A stretch of DNA of 63,972 bases, counting the filler, from Collodictyon triciliatum (Eukaryota), in assembly GCA_043381765.1 (NCBI GenBank). It is 4 parts of 4 records of this genome, joined end to end, with 100 filler letters (N's around TTAATTAATTAA, not from the genome) between each part and the next. Parts side by side here need not be neighbours in the genome. Positions count along the whole stretch, not along the records: positions 48,163 to 63,972 come from JBHJMP010001632.1; 3 more parts are not named here. One strand, given 5' to 3'. Positions 51,369 through 60,358 of this stretch are shown here, piece after piece (within the stretch, counting starts at the first letter, position 1; each line of letters starts with the position of its first letter). Under the pieces are notes generated by a model. It was not told the origin of the DNA. It saw only the letters and a list, made by a program, of their open reading frames with translations, and did not search any database. The position numbers were made by a program, and so were the translations under genes.

Positions 51369-52019
51369 CAGAAACCTATCACATTTAAAATCATTCAATA
51401 TATTTTGCAACTTTCATAATTTGAATAGGTTATCTCTGACTTGTTTCATAAAAAATACATGGAACAGATGAGTCATGTTTGAATGCAAAAAAGGGACAGA
51501 AATCGATGGGGACCAATGGTGTTTTATGACATTAGGTACGTATTTGAGTAACAGTCCGCCACTTTGACGTCTGATTGAAGATGTTTGTGGCACTGAAAAT
51601 TCGTTTCGAAAAAAAGAAGGAACTTCAGTCTCGGGTGATTTTGAAAAAAGTATTAAAAAAATTCACCAAGATAACTGGGCGCTAAAGAACTTATGGAAAA
51701 TCCGATCTATATGAAGTAATGTAAGCAAGATATCTTCAAAATACTGAGGATGATTTTAGACATATGGACTATAGTAGACCATGTAGGAGGCAATGATGTA
51801 CTAATTGGCCCCATTTCCGCCACGTTAGGTTACAACGAGGTGATATACAGTCTTGTTCATGGTCCAACTTACATTGGCAAGGAGAACCTCCATTAGATCG
51901 CTTACGACTAACATACCGCGATCAGAAATTGCAGCCGGGATCGACCTATGCTAAAAAGGAGACTACTTTATCTGCCCCCAGGGCAAGATATGGCCTATCC
52001 TCTCTTTCACAATCCATTT

Positions 52020-52515
52020 TTCTTCCTTTCAGCTTTTTTGCAGGACCGAGGGGGGTGTTGGCTTTGGTTCGCTAGCCATCGTTTGTATGGGCGCTACTTG
52101 TCGGCGGAGAAGTAGTCGGTACTCAGGATTGCATCCCGCGGTTTGGCTTGTGGCCTGGGTGTTACAAAGGGGTGTCTGGGGGGCATGGGGGGATATTCCA
52201 AGAAGGGCAGACATGGAATAGAGGGGGGACAATTCTGTGGGGGTGTGTTTTTGTGGGGTCGAAGCTCGGCGTAGATATGGCATCTCATTCCTCTCTCACG
52301 GAAGCACTCTTCTGATGACGTCATTTTCTTCGAAAGTTGTGGGGTGTGCTCCGTTGTCCGGCGAAGCACAACCCCGGCTGCCCTGGATTGGGTATAACTG
52401 AGGGCACAGGAGGAGGGCTCAGGGAATGCGTGGTACAGGGCCGGAATCACACACACCGCGCACCCTGTGGGGTTCGAACCACGTTCGCGCAGGTCAGACG
52501 CTGTCCCATGCCAGC
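52020..52515 (-). mobile_element. Putative SINE: tRNA-like head, structured GC-rich body and 3' tail derived from the local LINE
   Basis: Minus-strand head ...CGTGGTTCGAACCCCACAGGGTGCG (B-box/T-arm-like, ~52459-52483). The tail (52160 down to ~52022) aligns with LINE 49264-49408, including CAAACGATG(G/A)CTAGCGAACCAAAGCCAACA with a single mismatch. Confidence 0.7.
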
Positions 52516-52654
52516 TGAAGAATTTACACAACTTATATTCAGTGTTTTGCCGACACGATTAAATATTACATTTATTGACCAGTACAACAATCAGGTCAAC
52601 TTCCCGCAGACAGCTAGTGTAGAAATTACACTCAAACTCGTTCCCGTAGAATAA
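52512..52654 (+). pseudogene. C-terminal remnant of a minor capsid (penton-like) protein, truncated at the SINE
   Basis: AEEFTQLIFSVLPTRLNITFIDQYNNQVNFPQTASVEITLKLVPVE* resembles the terminal strands (I.F.DQ.G..VDF....FTL) of Polinton/PLV/virophage pentons. The upstream part of ORF 52337-52654 is SINE sequence. Confidence 0.55.
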
Positions 52655-52675
52655 TTTTGTATATATTTCTCGGCA

Positions 52676-52707
52676 TTGTAAACATTTTTTAAAAATAATG
52701 TTTACAA
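52676..52707. promoter_or_regulatory. Palindromic intergenic motif, copy 1, just upstream of the fibre ATG
   Basis: TTGTAAACATT-TTTTAAAAAT-AATGTTTACAA followed by ATATATG (ATG at 52712). Confidence 0.6.
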
Positions 52708-52711
52708 ATAT

Positions 52712-54913
52712 ATGACTTCATATGAAATCGGATCATACAGTTCTAGGTACCCCTATGACTATTCATTTGTGACAGACGGGACAAACTCAGAATATACAGA
52801 CACAACAGAATCAAATTTTATTTTGCCAACTATAACGGGAGCAGACGCGGATAAATTTCTACAAGTTAACGCGCAGGCAACTGGATACGAGTACACAGCA
52901 GTCGATGCTGAGCTTCCTCCACAGGCTGGGCAAGCTGGGAAATATCTTGAAACTAATTGCACATCAGTTTTTTGGGATACAGTGAATCAAGTATCTGGTG
53001 TAACTGGTGGTGTCGCCAACCAGTATCTAACAAACAATGGTAGCACAGCAAGTTGGGGGTCTGTGAATCAAGTACCTACTATAATACCTGGAGCTACTGG
53101 AAAAAGTGGGTATGTATTATCAAACGATGGGTCAAGTGCAATCTGGACAAACGGGCCTATAGGTTTGGGTACAACTGGGCCTGCTATTCCAATTATTTGG
53201 TTTGGAAGCAATAACAACGGCTTTGCAGAGGCGTGGACGGCGAGGGGCGGGGCCACGGGTGTCTCAGCAATTACAAATGGCGCAGTATGTTGTACATTTC
53301 AATCGAGTGCCATCCGACTGCCCGGGGGCAATCCAATACGATCTAATGGAAATGCGGCGTCTAGATTTCAGTTTACCTCTGATGTACCTAATATGCAAAA
53401 TTCTGTTGCTGCCGGGACTACTGGAACCGACCGTAGTGTTAATTTGAGTTCAGCCAATTGGGCATCAACTTCACTAGACTTGGTATGCAGCAATACAAAT
53501 GATACACCAGGCGCATTAAATGCTAGTTCGATGGCAGTTGAAATAAAACAAAATCAAATTGTTCTTAGTGGAGCTGGGACAACGGCATCAACTACGTTAC
53601 CAGCTCGTCAAACAAGAATGACTATTAGTAACGTAGAAGTAGCTACATCTTTACCTTTGGCTGTAAGCAACTATATAACTGCGACAAGTACTATTATAGC
53701 CACGACTGACTTTGTGATGAATCAACCTGGAACAGAAGCCAATCAAGCTTACATGTTTCGAAATTTTGACACTTCTGACGCCAACCGAAATAAAAATAAT
53801 AGACAAGGAATATATAGTCCTGATATCGGAGCCATAGCAATTTCAACAAACTCTGTGAGCAATATATCAGGAAGTATCGCTGGTAGACCCAATGCGGTAG
53901 AGCGTTTTAGGGTCGATGATAATTATGTGACTGTGACAAATTCATTAAATATAAGTAGAACTACATGCGTTGGTGCAACTGCCCCGCATTTATCTTTTGG
54001 TGACATTACTGCGCCAGTCAGTGGAGTATGGGGTACAAATGACAGTTTATTTTTTAGTTCAAGTGGGGCACAACGTGCCAATATATCAAACACAGGTATG
54101 AGTATAACAGGCGACTTGACTGTAATTGGAACAATATCAGGGAGTATATCAGCCCCTCAAGTAGTCAAAAGAACGCACGTGATTGGAGCAACTAGCAGTA
54201 CAGCATACGTATATGATTCAGGCAATACAGGGCTAGCTACAACACTTATATCTAATTCTATTTCATCACAAAAGAATATTACACTTGGCAATATGGGTGC
54301 TGCATATGAAGGCTTTGAATTTATGTTAACAGGTGACTTAGACAGCTTTGGTGTTGCAGTGACTCTTGCGTGTACCGGTTCATTTGTAAAAGTCAGGTCA
54401 GGTGCTATTGGTATAGATGGCAGCACAGCTGCTAACCAGGTATTTACATTTTCAAGACCAATGAATGAGTTTAGAATTACAGGTGCGTTTGTTTGGAATG
54501 GTGGAACAAATCCTTACTGGATTGTTGTTGATAAGGGTGTATATAAACAGAGGGCAACAAATGATCTATTTGCAGGTGGCACATACAGTGTAAGCAGAAA
54601 CACACCGGAGGATTTGATGTTGACACGCGCGAGTGCTACAAGAATTGATTTTTTGAATCTTGTTACCAATGGAGGTAGTCAAGAAGACTATGATGGATTT
54701 AATTTTTGGCTGCCACCCTCACAAGACGTAACAAGCTCGTTGAGTTTTAAAAAAAGCACATCAGTTGGATTAATTATAAATGACGGTTCTGCAATAACTA
54801 CAATCAATGCAAATAGCACATTACAAATCCATGCAGCTAGTGCTGTTGGAAGTTGTTATATGTGTGTTTTTCGTAATAACTCTGGCTTTAGATGGTATCT
54901 GTATGCAATGTAA
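52712..54913 (+). CDS. 733-aa viral fibre/spike-like protein (G/T/S/N-rich, beta-strand repeats), intronless and intact
   Basis: N-terminal repeats LPPQAGQAGKYLETNCTSVFW / VTGGVANQYLTNNGSTASW / IPGATGKSGYVLSNDGSSAIW resemble viral tail-fibre repeats. Later segments QGIYSPDIGAIAISTN...VERFRVD and SGAQRANISNTGMSITGDLTVIGTI are also fibre-like. Confidence 0.75.
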   Translation: MTSYEIGSYSSRYPYDYSFVTDGTNSEYTDTTESNFILPTITGADADKFLQVNAQATGYEYTAVDAELPPQAGQAGKYLETNCTSVFWDTVNQVSGVTGGVANQYLTNNGSTASWGSVNQVPTIIPGATGKSGYVLSNDGSSAIWTNGPIGLGTTGPAIPIIWFGSNNNGFAEAWTARGGATGVSAITNGAVCCTFQSSAIRLPGGNPIRSNGNAASRFQFTSDVPNMQNSVAAGTTGTDRSVNLSSANWASTSLDLVCSNTNDTPGALNASSMAVEIKQNQIVLSGAGTTASTTLPARQTRMTISNVEVATSLPLAVSNYITATSTIIATTDFVMNQPGTEANQAYMFRNFDTSDANRNKNNRQGIYSPDIGAIAISTNSVSNISGSIAGRPNAVERFRVDDNYVTVTNSLNISRTTCVGATAPHLSFGDITAPVSGVWGTNDSLFFSSSGAQRANISNTGMSITGDLTVIGTISGSISAPQVVKRTHVIGATSSTAYVYDSGNTGLATTLISNSISSQKNITLGNMGAAYEGFEFMLTGDLDSFGVAVTLACTGSFVKVRSGAIGIDGSTAANQVFTFSRPMNEFRITGAFVWNGGTNPYWIVVDKGVYKQRATNDLFAGGTYSVSRNTPEDLMLTRASATRIDFLNLVTNGGSQEDYDGFNFWLPPSQDVTSSLSFKKSTSVGLIINDGSAITTINANSTLQIHAASAVGSCYMCVFRNNSGFRWYLYAM

Positions 54914-54938
54914 TAAATTTATTAATTACTTTCAATTG

Positions 54939-54971
54939 TTGTAAACGTTTTTTTAAAAAAAATGTTTACAA
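54939..54971. promoter_or_regulatory. Palindromic intergenic motif, copy 2, just upstream of the small TM gene
   Basis: TTGTAAACGTTTTTTT-AAAAAAAATGTTTACAA followed by GGATATATG (ATG at 54978); near-identical to copy 1. Confidence 0.6.
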
Positions 54972-54977
54972 GGATAT

Positions 54978-55140
54978 ATGGACCCGGTGTTGATTTTTTT
55001 GTTGATATAACTTGTGTTTGATTGCTGAGAGTGCGATGAAGTATTATTTAAAAAAAATTCGCAAGTCTCAGCGCTGTAATAGCGTAATGCAAACGCGTGA
55101 ACCAAGTCCTGATATTGAGCTTGAAAAAATAAATATTTAA
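54978..55140 (+). pseudogene. Small membrane-anchored viral protein, frameshifted
   Basis: MDPVLIFLLI then, after a frame change, YNLCLIAESAMKYYLKKIRKSQRCNSVMQTREPSPDIELEKINI*: a hydrophobic N-terminus followed by a basic patch. It sits directly behind the conserved intergenic motif. Confidence 0.45.
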
Positions 55141-55146
55141 GAATGC

Positions 55147-55443
55147 ATGGACTGGCACAAAGAGTTAAAAATTAATAAAGTAACATACAGAGTCAAAAAA
55201 GCAAACGACAAAAAACACAAATATGTCGTGTATATACTTGACGGAGGCATGGAACGGTCCCCGGTACGATTCGGGGCGCTTGGCATAGAGCATTACAAAG
55301 TTAAGTTTTAACAGTACTCGCAGTCAGACCATAAGGATAAAAAGCGCCTGGACAATTTCCTCTCTCGATTTGGTTCTCAGTATGAAAACATTAAGAACGA
55401 CCCCAGCAGCGCGTTGTTTTGGAATTGGAATTACTTGTGGTAA
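55147..55443 (+). pseudogene. Tlr6F-like protein (conserved in Polinton-like viruses, virophages and Tetrahymena Tlr elements) with an internal stop
   Basis: MDWHKELKINKVTYRVKKANDKKHKYVVYILDGGMERSPVRFGALGIEHYKVKF*QYSQSDHKDKKRLDNFLSRFGSQYENIKNDPSSALFWNWNYLW*. It shows the KY...V.FGA.G...HKD..R...F..R...SA.FW...LW pattern, with an in-frame TAA at 55309-55311. Confidence 0.8.
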
Positions 55444-55531
55444 TTTTTTTGGAAAATGATTCTGTCGAAAAAATACAAGTGCGTTTGAATTCCAGATTTT
55501 TTAATTTGCCAGAGAAGGAATGGAATCCCCC

Positions 55532-56019
55532 AGCAATTGCCAATTTTTGAAGTAAATCACAATAAAATTGAGGACTTGAAGTTATGTATTTATTTAACCT
55601 TGGTGGAGGCAGCTGTGCACATGTATAAAATGTATAAGTATGATTCCAACAATTTTACTAATCTACAAGAATGTAATTTATGAGTCTGTGAGGTGTCATA
55701 TATTACATGTCCGGATGAGTTTCAATATTGGTATTCATCTAGAACCAATGAAATTATTGATAGACTCAAATCAGTATCATATGGTAACATAGACGAATAT
55801 ATTTGGAGGAATTGGCAAGGTAGTCATGGAGAAATGTATAGATTTTTAAAAAATAATGAACATCCGGTAATTGGAACATATGAAAATAATTTGATTGATA
55901 AAGACATTATTAAACGTATTCTTAATAGTCTTGATTCTGTTTTATATGAGTTAGAAGTTGAAGACATTACCGTTGCAAGATTTAAACACATAATGTGGGA
56001 AGATTTATTAAAAGACTAA
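55532..56019 (+). pseudogene. Unknown viral-type ORF interrupted by a stop (the 108-aa ORF 55693-56019 is its distal part)
   Basis: Frame QQLPIFEVNHNKIEDLKLCIYLTLVEAAVHMYK...ECNL*VCEVSYITCPDEF... runs through a single TGA (~55681) into the listed ORF. It is intronless and AT-rich, with no family recognised. Confidence 0.45.
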
Positions 56020-56603
56020 CTCTTACCCTGGCGCGCCAAACATTACAATAAACTATTTAATTCACTTGTATAATTTACCCAGCCCCAGACCTTGCCGCAG
56101 CTTTTTGCTCAAAACCCAGCCCCCCGCCAGATAACTCTCCACAAAATTTGCCCTCGGAGGATTTCGGAAATTTCCGGAAAAATCCAGAGCCTCGGTAGAA
56201 GCCTGCTGGGGTAGCCGGGTGGGTAAGTCAGTAGCCTGGCCCCGCACTAAAGATATAAGAAAATTAGGAGGGAGAATTTCTCAATTTCGACGCCCTTTAA
56301 GCAAGGATTTCCGGAAATTTCGATTTATGAAAAAAAGAGGGTGGTCCCCACCACCCTCTTTTTTTTAATTTTCTGGAAAATTCCGGAAAAATATTAATAA
56401 TCCTCTTACTCCTTTCAATCTTATATTTCATATTCTATATTGGTAATTATTTTGAAAGGATGTGAGGGTTTGTGGATGTTCATTTCCATCTAGCTGTGAC
56501 GATGAAACTTTTGGAGGGTGGGAATTACGGAAATCGGAAATTTTGTTTTTAAACTAATGTAGGGGGGTCCAAAAAGTACCCCTCACACCACCACACCCTC
56601 TCT
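56020..56603. repeat. Putative right terminal (TIR-like) region of the viral element
   Basis: Non-coding and GC-richer than the adjacent ORFs. It has repeated GGAAA(T/A)TTCCGGAAA-like motifs (~56166, 56307, 56375), a perfect 16-bp stem AAAAAAAGAGGGTGGT-CCCC-ACCACCCTCTTTTTTT (56330-56365), and ends in CTCTCT (56598-56603). Confidence 0.5.
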
Positions 56604-59600
56604 TTTTCCGCAAACCTACAGACGAACACAAATGGCGAACCGGGACAAATAAATGAGAGTGGGGGAGCTCGTTCAGTTATTGTGAACCCTTGCAACTGAA
56701 GTTCTACCCAATACAAACGGCGACACCCAAAAGAATAAGTTACGGAGATGTTTCATATATAAAAGTGTGTGGGGAAGCCTGGAGGGTTGCCAATATCCTC
56801 GCCAGGGCTTGAGAAAAGCCTCGCCAACCCCCTGGATATACTTAAAGTATGTTCAAAATCGCAGGTTCAGAAGAATAGTGAAGGCGAATATATATATTTA
56901 TATTAATATATGTATTCGGTTTCATCGTTTTCGTTTTGATAAATGGTTCAATCTAACAACTTCGTGGACTAGCTGAAAAATCGCATAATTTTATTCAATC
57001 TATCATATTAAGCATTAATTATTCATCTTGAATTAGTAAATGTTCGAACTAAAGTCATGGGCAAAACTCAGATACAGTTGAAAAGGAGAGGGACAAAAGA
57101 CAATATCCGTGGGAAAGGGAACTGTTTCGATCTACTACTTGGAGGAGGTGGGAGCGGTGGTGGATCGGCGGCTCCTAGTTTTCCCGATGGTCTGAAGTAA
57201 AGGTCTAAGAACGTACGGTGGGGGTGTTGGGTTGTGTTGTGTGTGGAAGTATGTCTTTGTCTAGTCATTCATGACCAAAAAAATAAATAAAATAATAATA
57301 TTCGTTGTAAATTTTTGTAATCGAGAGTAATATATCCTTTTTTGCGGTAAGGAGGCTTAATCTTATTAGAAAATATTGCCTATTTAACATATAAAATATA
57401 GCATGCATTAAGTCGACAAGTTTATAATTAAAAATATTTCCGTTGTAAAACTATTAATAATAATGTAGAACAAAAATCTATAAAATCGAGAATTATCATC
57501 AGAGTCTGGCCGTGCTAGTTAATTATTATTCAGTTGATAGATTTAATATAGTATGAAAAATGAAATCAATATTTAATATTTATAATCGTCTCAGATATAT
57601 ATTTTCTAATGAAGTCAAATAAAGATGAATGGACTGCCTAATGCATCTGCATCGCTATGTCGTTTATTTTTCAATAATCGTATTACGTATCGCCTTTTGA
57701 ATACTAAATATACAGAAAAATATTTAAATTACTTATCTACTAGAGAAGCTTAGTTATCTGCATACTCTTGGTATCCATATTTTAAATTCCGTTTTAATTA
57801 AATCAATAGATACACAATTGCATCAAATGTGAATTTTAAAAAACCAACTAACCAACACAAAAAACCATTATATTATCCAAATCGAAAAACACATACCATA
57901 TCCCCGCTAAAAACCAGTTTGCCGCTGAATGATACACCACCCCTCCCCTTGACCGACCTGCAATCTTTTGTCCACAGCTTCACACCCATACTCCTCACCT
58001 TACTAGACCTTGTTCGTTTCTCCAAGTGAAATGAATTGTAGGTTTATCGCTCAATAAATAAATCTATATATTAGTTAATCGTTGTTATATCATCTAAATT
58101 AGTTCAATTTTCTCCCTTGCTTATATAGATGTCGATTTATCAAATCCAACAAACCCACCCTTCCAATTCCAAGTCAACCAGAGGTAATGAAAAGGTATTT
58201 GTTATATGTATTATTACGTACCCCCGACTAATCGAGGATTTGGTGGACGGTTCACGCCCTTTTTATTTTGTTTTACGATTACCATCATTCAAATATATTA
58301 AGAAAATCATTTTTATGCATACAAATTATATTTTCGTGTATTTATTGGTTTATATAATGATTAATTATTTTATCAATACATACAGTATGGCTTCTATGAT
58401 TGTTCATATTAGTGATTCTATCTTATCAATAAATACTTGATATTGTTCGGTTTATTCCTATCTGGTCAAAATATGGCCGATTACCAGTATTAATGCATAT
58501 ACAATTTTATTGATAATCTACATTATTCATTTTCTATCAAATATTCAAATACAAGGATTCAATTCGTCTGCATTGATAGAAGTGTAAACTAATTGAATAG
58601 CTAAACTTTCAGTTTTATAATATCTCTTGAAATGATTGTGATTGCAAATTGAATAATATCAATACCTTTTTTATTCTTGTATCATAATGAGTTTAGCTTC
58701 TTTTAAACACTGATTTTATCTTGGGTTCCAAAGGAATTTAAAAATCACATGGTTTAGAGCTCAAAGAAATATAAGATTTGCGTAAAACATATCGCTATTA
58801 ATAGTCAAAAGAATAAAGTCAAATTTTTGTCGATATAACTAAGCAGTGCTTTGGATTTGATTTAATGAATAATATTAACATGGAAATTGACATACGATTG
58901 GATTTTTAAGATAGTTGGTTGATTAGAACCCACGATTAAGAGCTATCTTATAGAGAACGAAATAATCACGATGAAACAGATGAATACATGCAAATCTATA
59001 GTGAAAATTATTGACAATCACTGAACCTCTTAGAGATGATACCCAGCTCTCACAAAACATCATATTTTGGTACTTCAATCAGTTGTTAATGTAACTTTAC
59101 CGAATATTAGGATGTCACTCATCGCTTGGCCATTTCTATACACATATGGTTGTACTTCACGAGTAAGCATAGTTCTAAAACAATTAATAATCCAGCTAAC
59201 TGAATGAAGATTTCATATACTCAATTTTAGACTTTTAAATCCAGAACAAATTTTATCGGAAGCTATTTTCAAGAGCGATATTTTTTTCTCATATAAATAT
59301 TTTTTGATATTGTCAAGAAAACAAGGTTTTTTAATAATTGATTCAATATAAATTATCTAATAATATGGCTGTTTTATCCTCTGGTTGTTTGATTAATTAC
59401 TGTGTAATTATTTAACACTAAGAGGATTCGAATAAATGGTTCTTATCCCAATATTTTTTCATTTTGATAATGAATAACAATATACGAATGCAACAATAAT
59501 GAACATTTTTTTATGATTTGGAACTGACATTTATTATTTTAGGAATGACTAAAGTTCTAGCCGGCACGATGATTTTAAGCACATAGTTCCATTCTGTTTT

Positions 59601-60358
59601 ATTTTTTTTAGTCATTAATCAACTCATATGAATCACAAACTCATGATTCTCTTATCTATCAAAATTCATTTGTATTTGCAATCATACGTTTTAGCTTATC
59701 GGTGAATATCTCAAGATGCTGAATAATAGATTATTTACCTGGTTTATTTGAAATTGAAAGATGAAAGAGGATTAAAATATTGAATCAAGATATATGAGTG
59801 TGCGGAAAGACAAGTGGTTTACGGATAAGAGATTGATTTGTTTGAAGGAAAGTTTAAAATAAAAATAAGACAGTTAATTTAAAAAAATTATAAAATCAAA
59901 TAATGAAAATAAATTTGTACACTTAAAAAATTCATTCATTTTTTCCTATGCAATATGTTTGTGTTGATTTATTTTTATAAATAATGCATTTCTTTCATCG
60001 TATCAACTTTATATCATATGAAAAATCAATAATATTTGATAAATAGATACAAAATTAAGCTTCAATTTAAGAATTACTTTATTTAATACTGAATATTCTT
60101 GAAATCATACTTGCTGAATATTCCTATGTTTGGTGAATAAAATATCAGCAGAACTGATGATATTCAACTTATAATGAGAAATTGGTTGCAATAGGATACA
60201 AATGCACTCACCAGACAAAAAAAGAACCAATTCCCGACGCGATAATTTCTTCGAATCGAGAAGGTCATCTCCCAATAATCCTGCAACGTGTGTTTCATAA
60301 TTCAATCTAATAAATACATTTGATTAATTAGTCTTAATTTAAATCTATAACCAGAAAT

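Larger units (their letters stand above)
52512..56603 (+). mobile_element. Right-hand fragment of an endogenous Polinton-like virus / virophage-type element
   Basis: Compact, intronless, co-oriented gene array in an intron-rich genome: penton-like C-terminus, fibre-like gene, small TM gene, Tlr6F-like gene and an unknown ORF. It also has a repeated palindromic intergenic motif and a GC-rich repeat/hairpin terminal region ending ...CACACCCTCTCT. Confidence 0.8.

Noticed and set aside
52311-52336. CTGATGA...GAAA hammerhead-ribozyme-like core in the SINE body
   Set aside because: The intervening CGTCATTTTCTTC cannot form stem II, no flanking stems I/III are evident, and it lies antisense to the inferred SINE transcript.
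52459-52520. Possible functional tRNA gene
   Set aside because: Only a T-arm/B-box and a 3' acceptor-like strand are visible. There is no complementary 5' acceptor strand or clear anticodon arm, so it is treated as a SINE head.
56604-60350. Scattered short exon-like or hairpin-like patches (e.g. 56770-56835, 57070-57270, 57930-58185, 59030-59165)
   Set aside because: I could not assemble a coherent ORF, RNA structure or recognisable family from them, so they are left unannotated.
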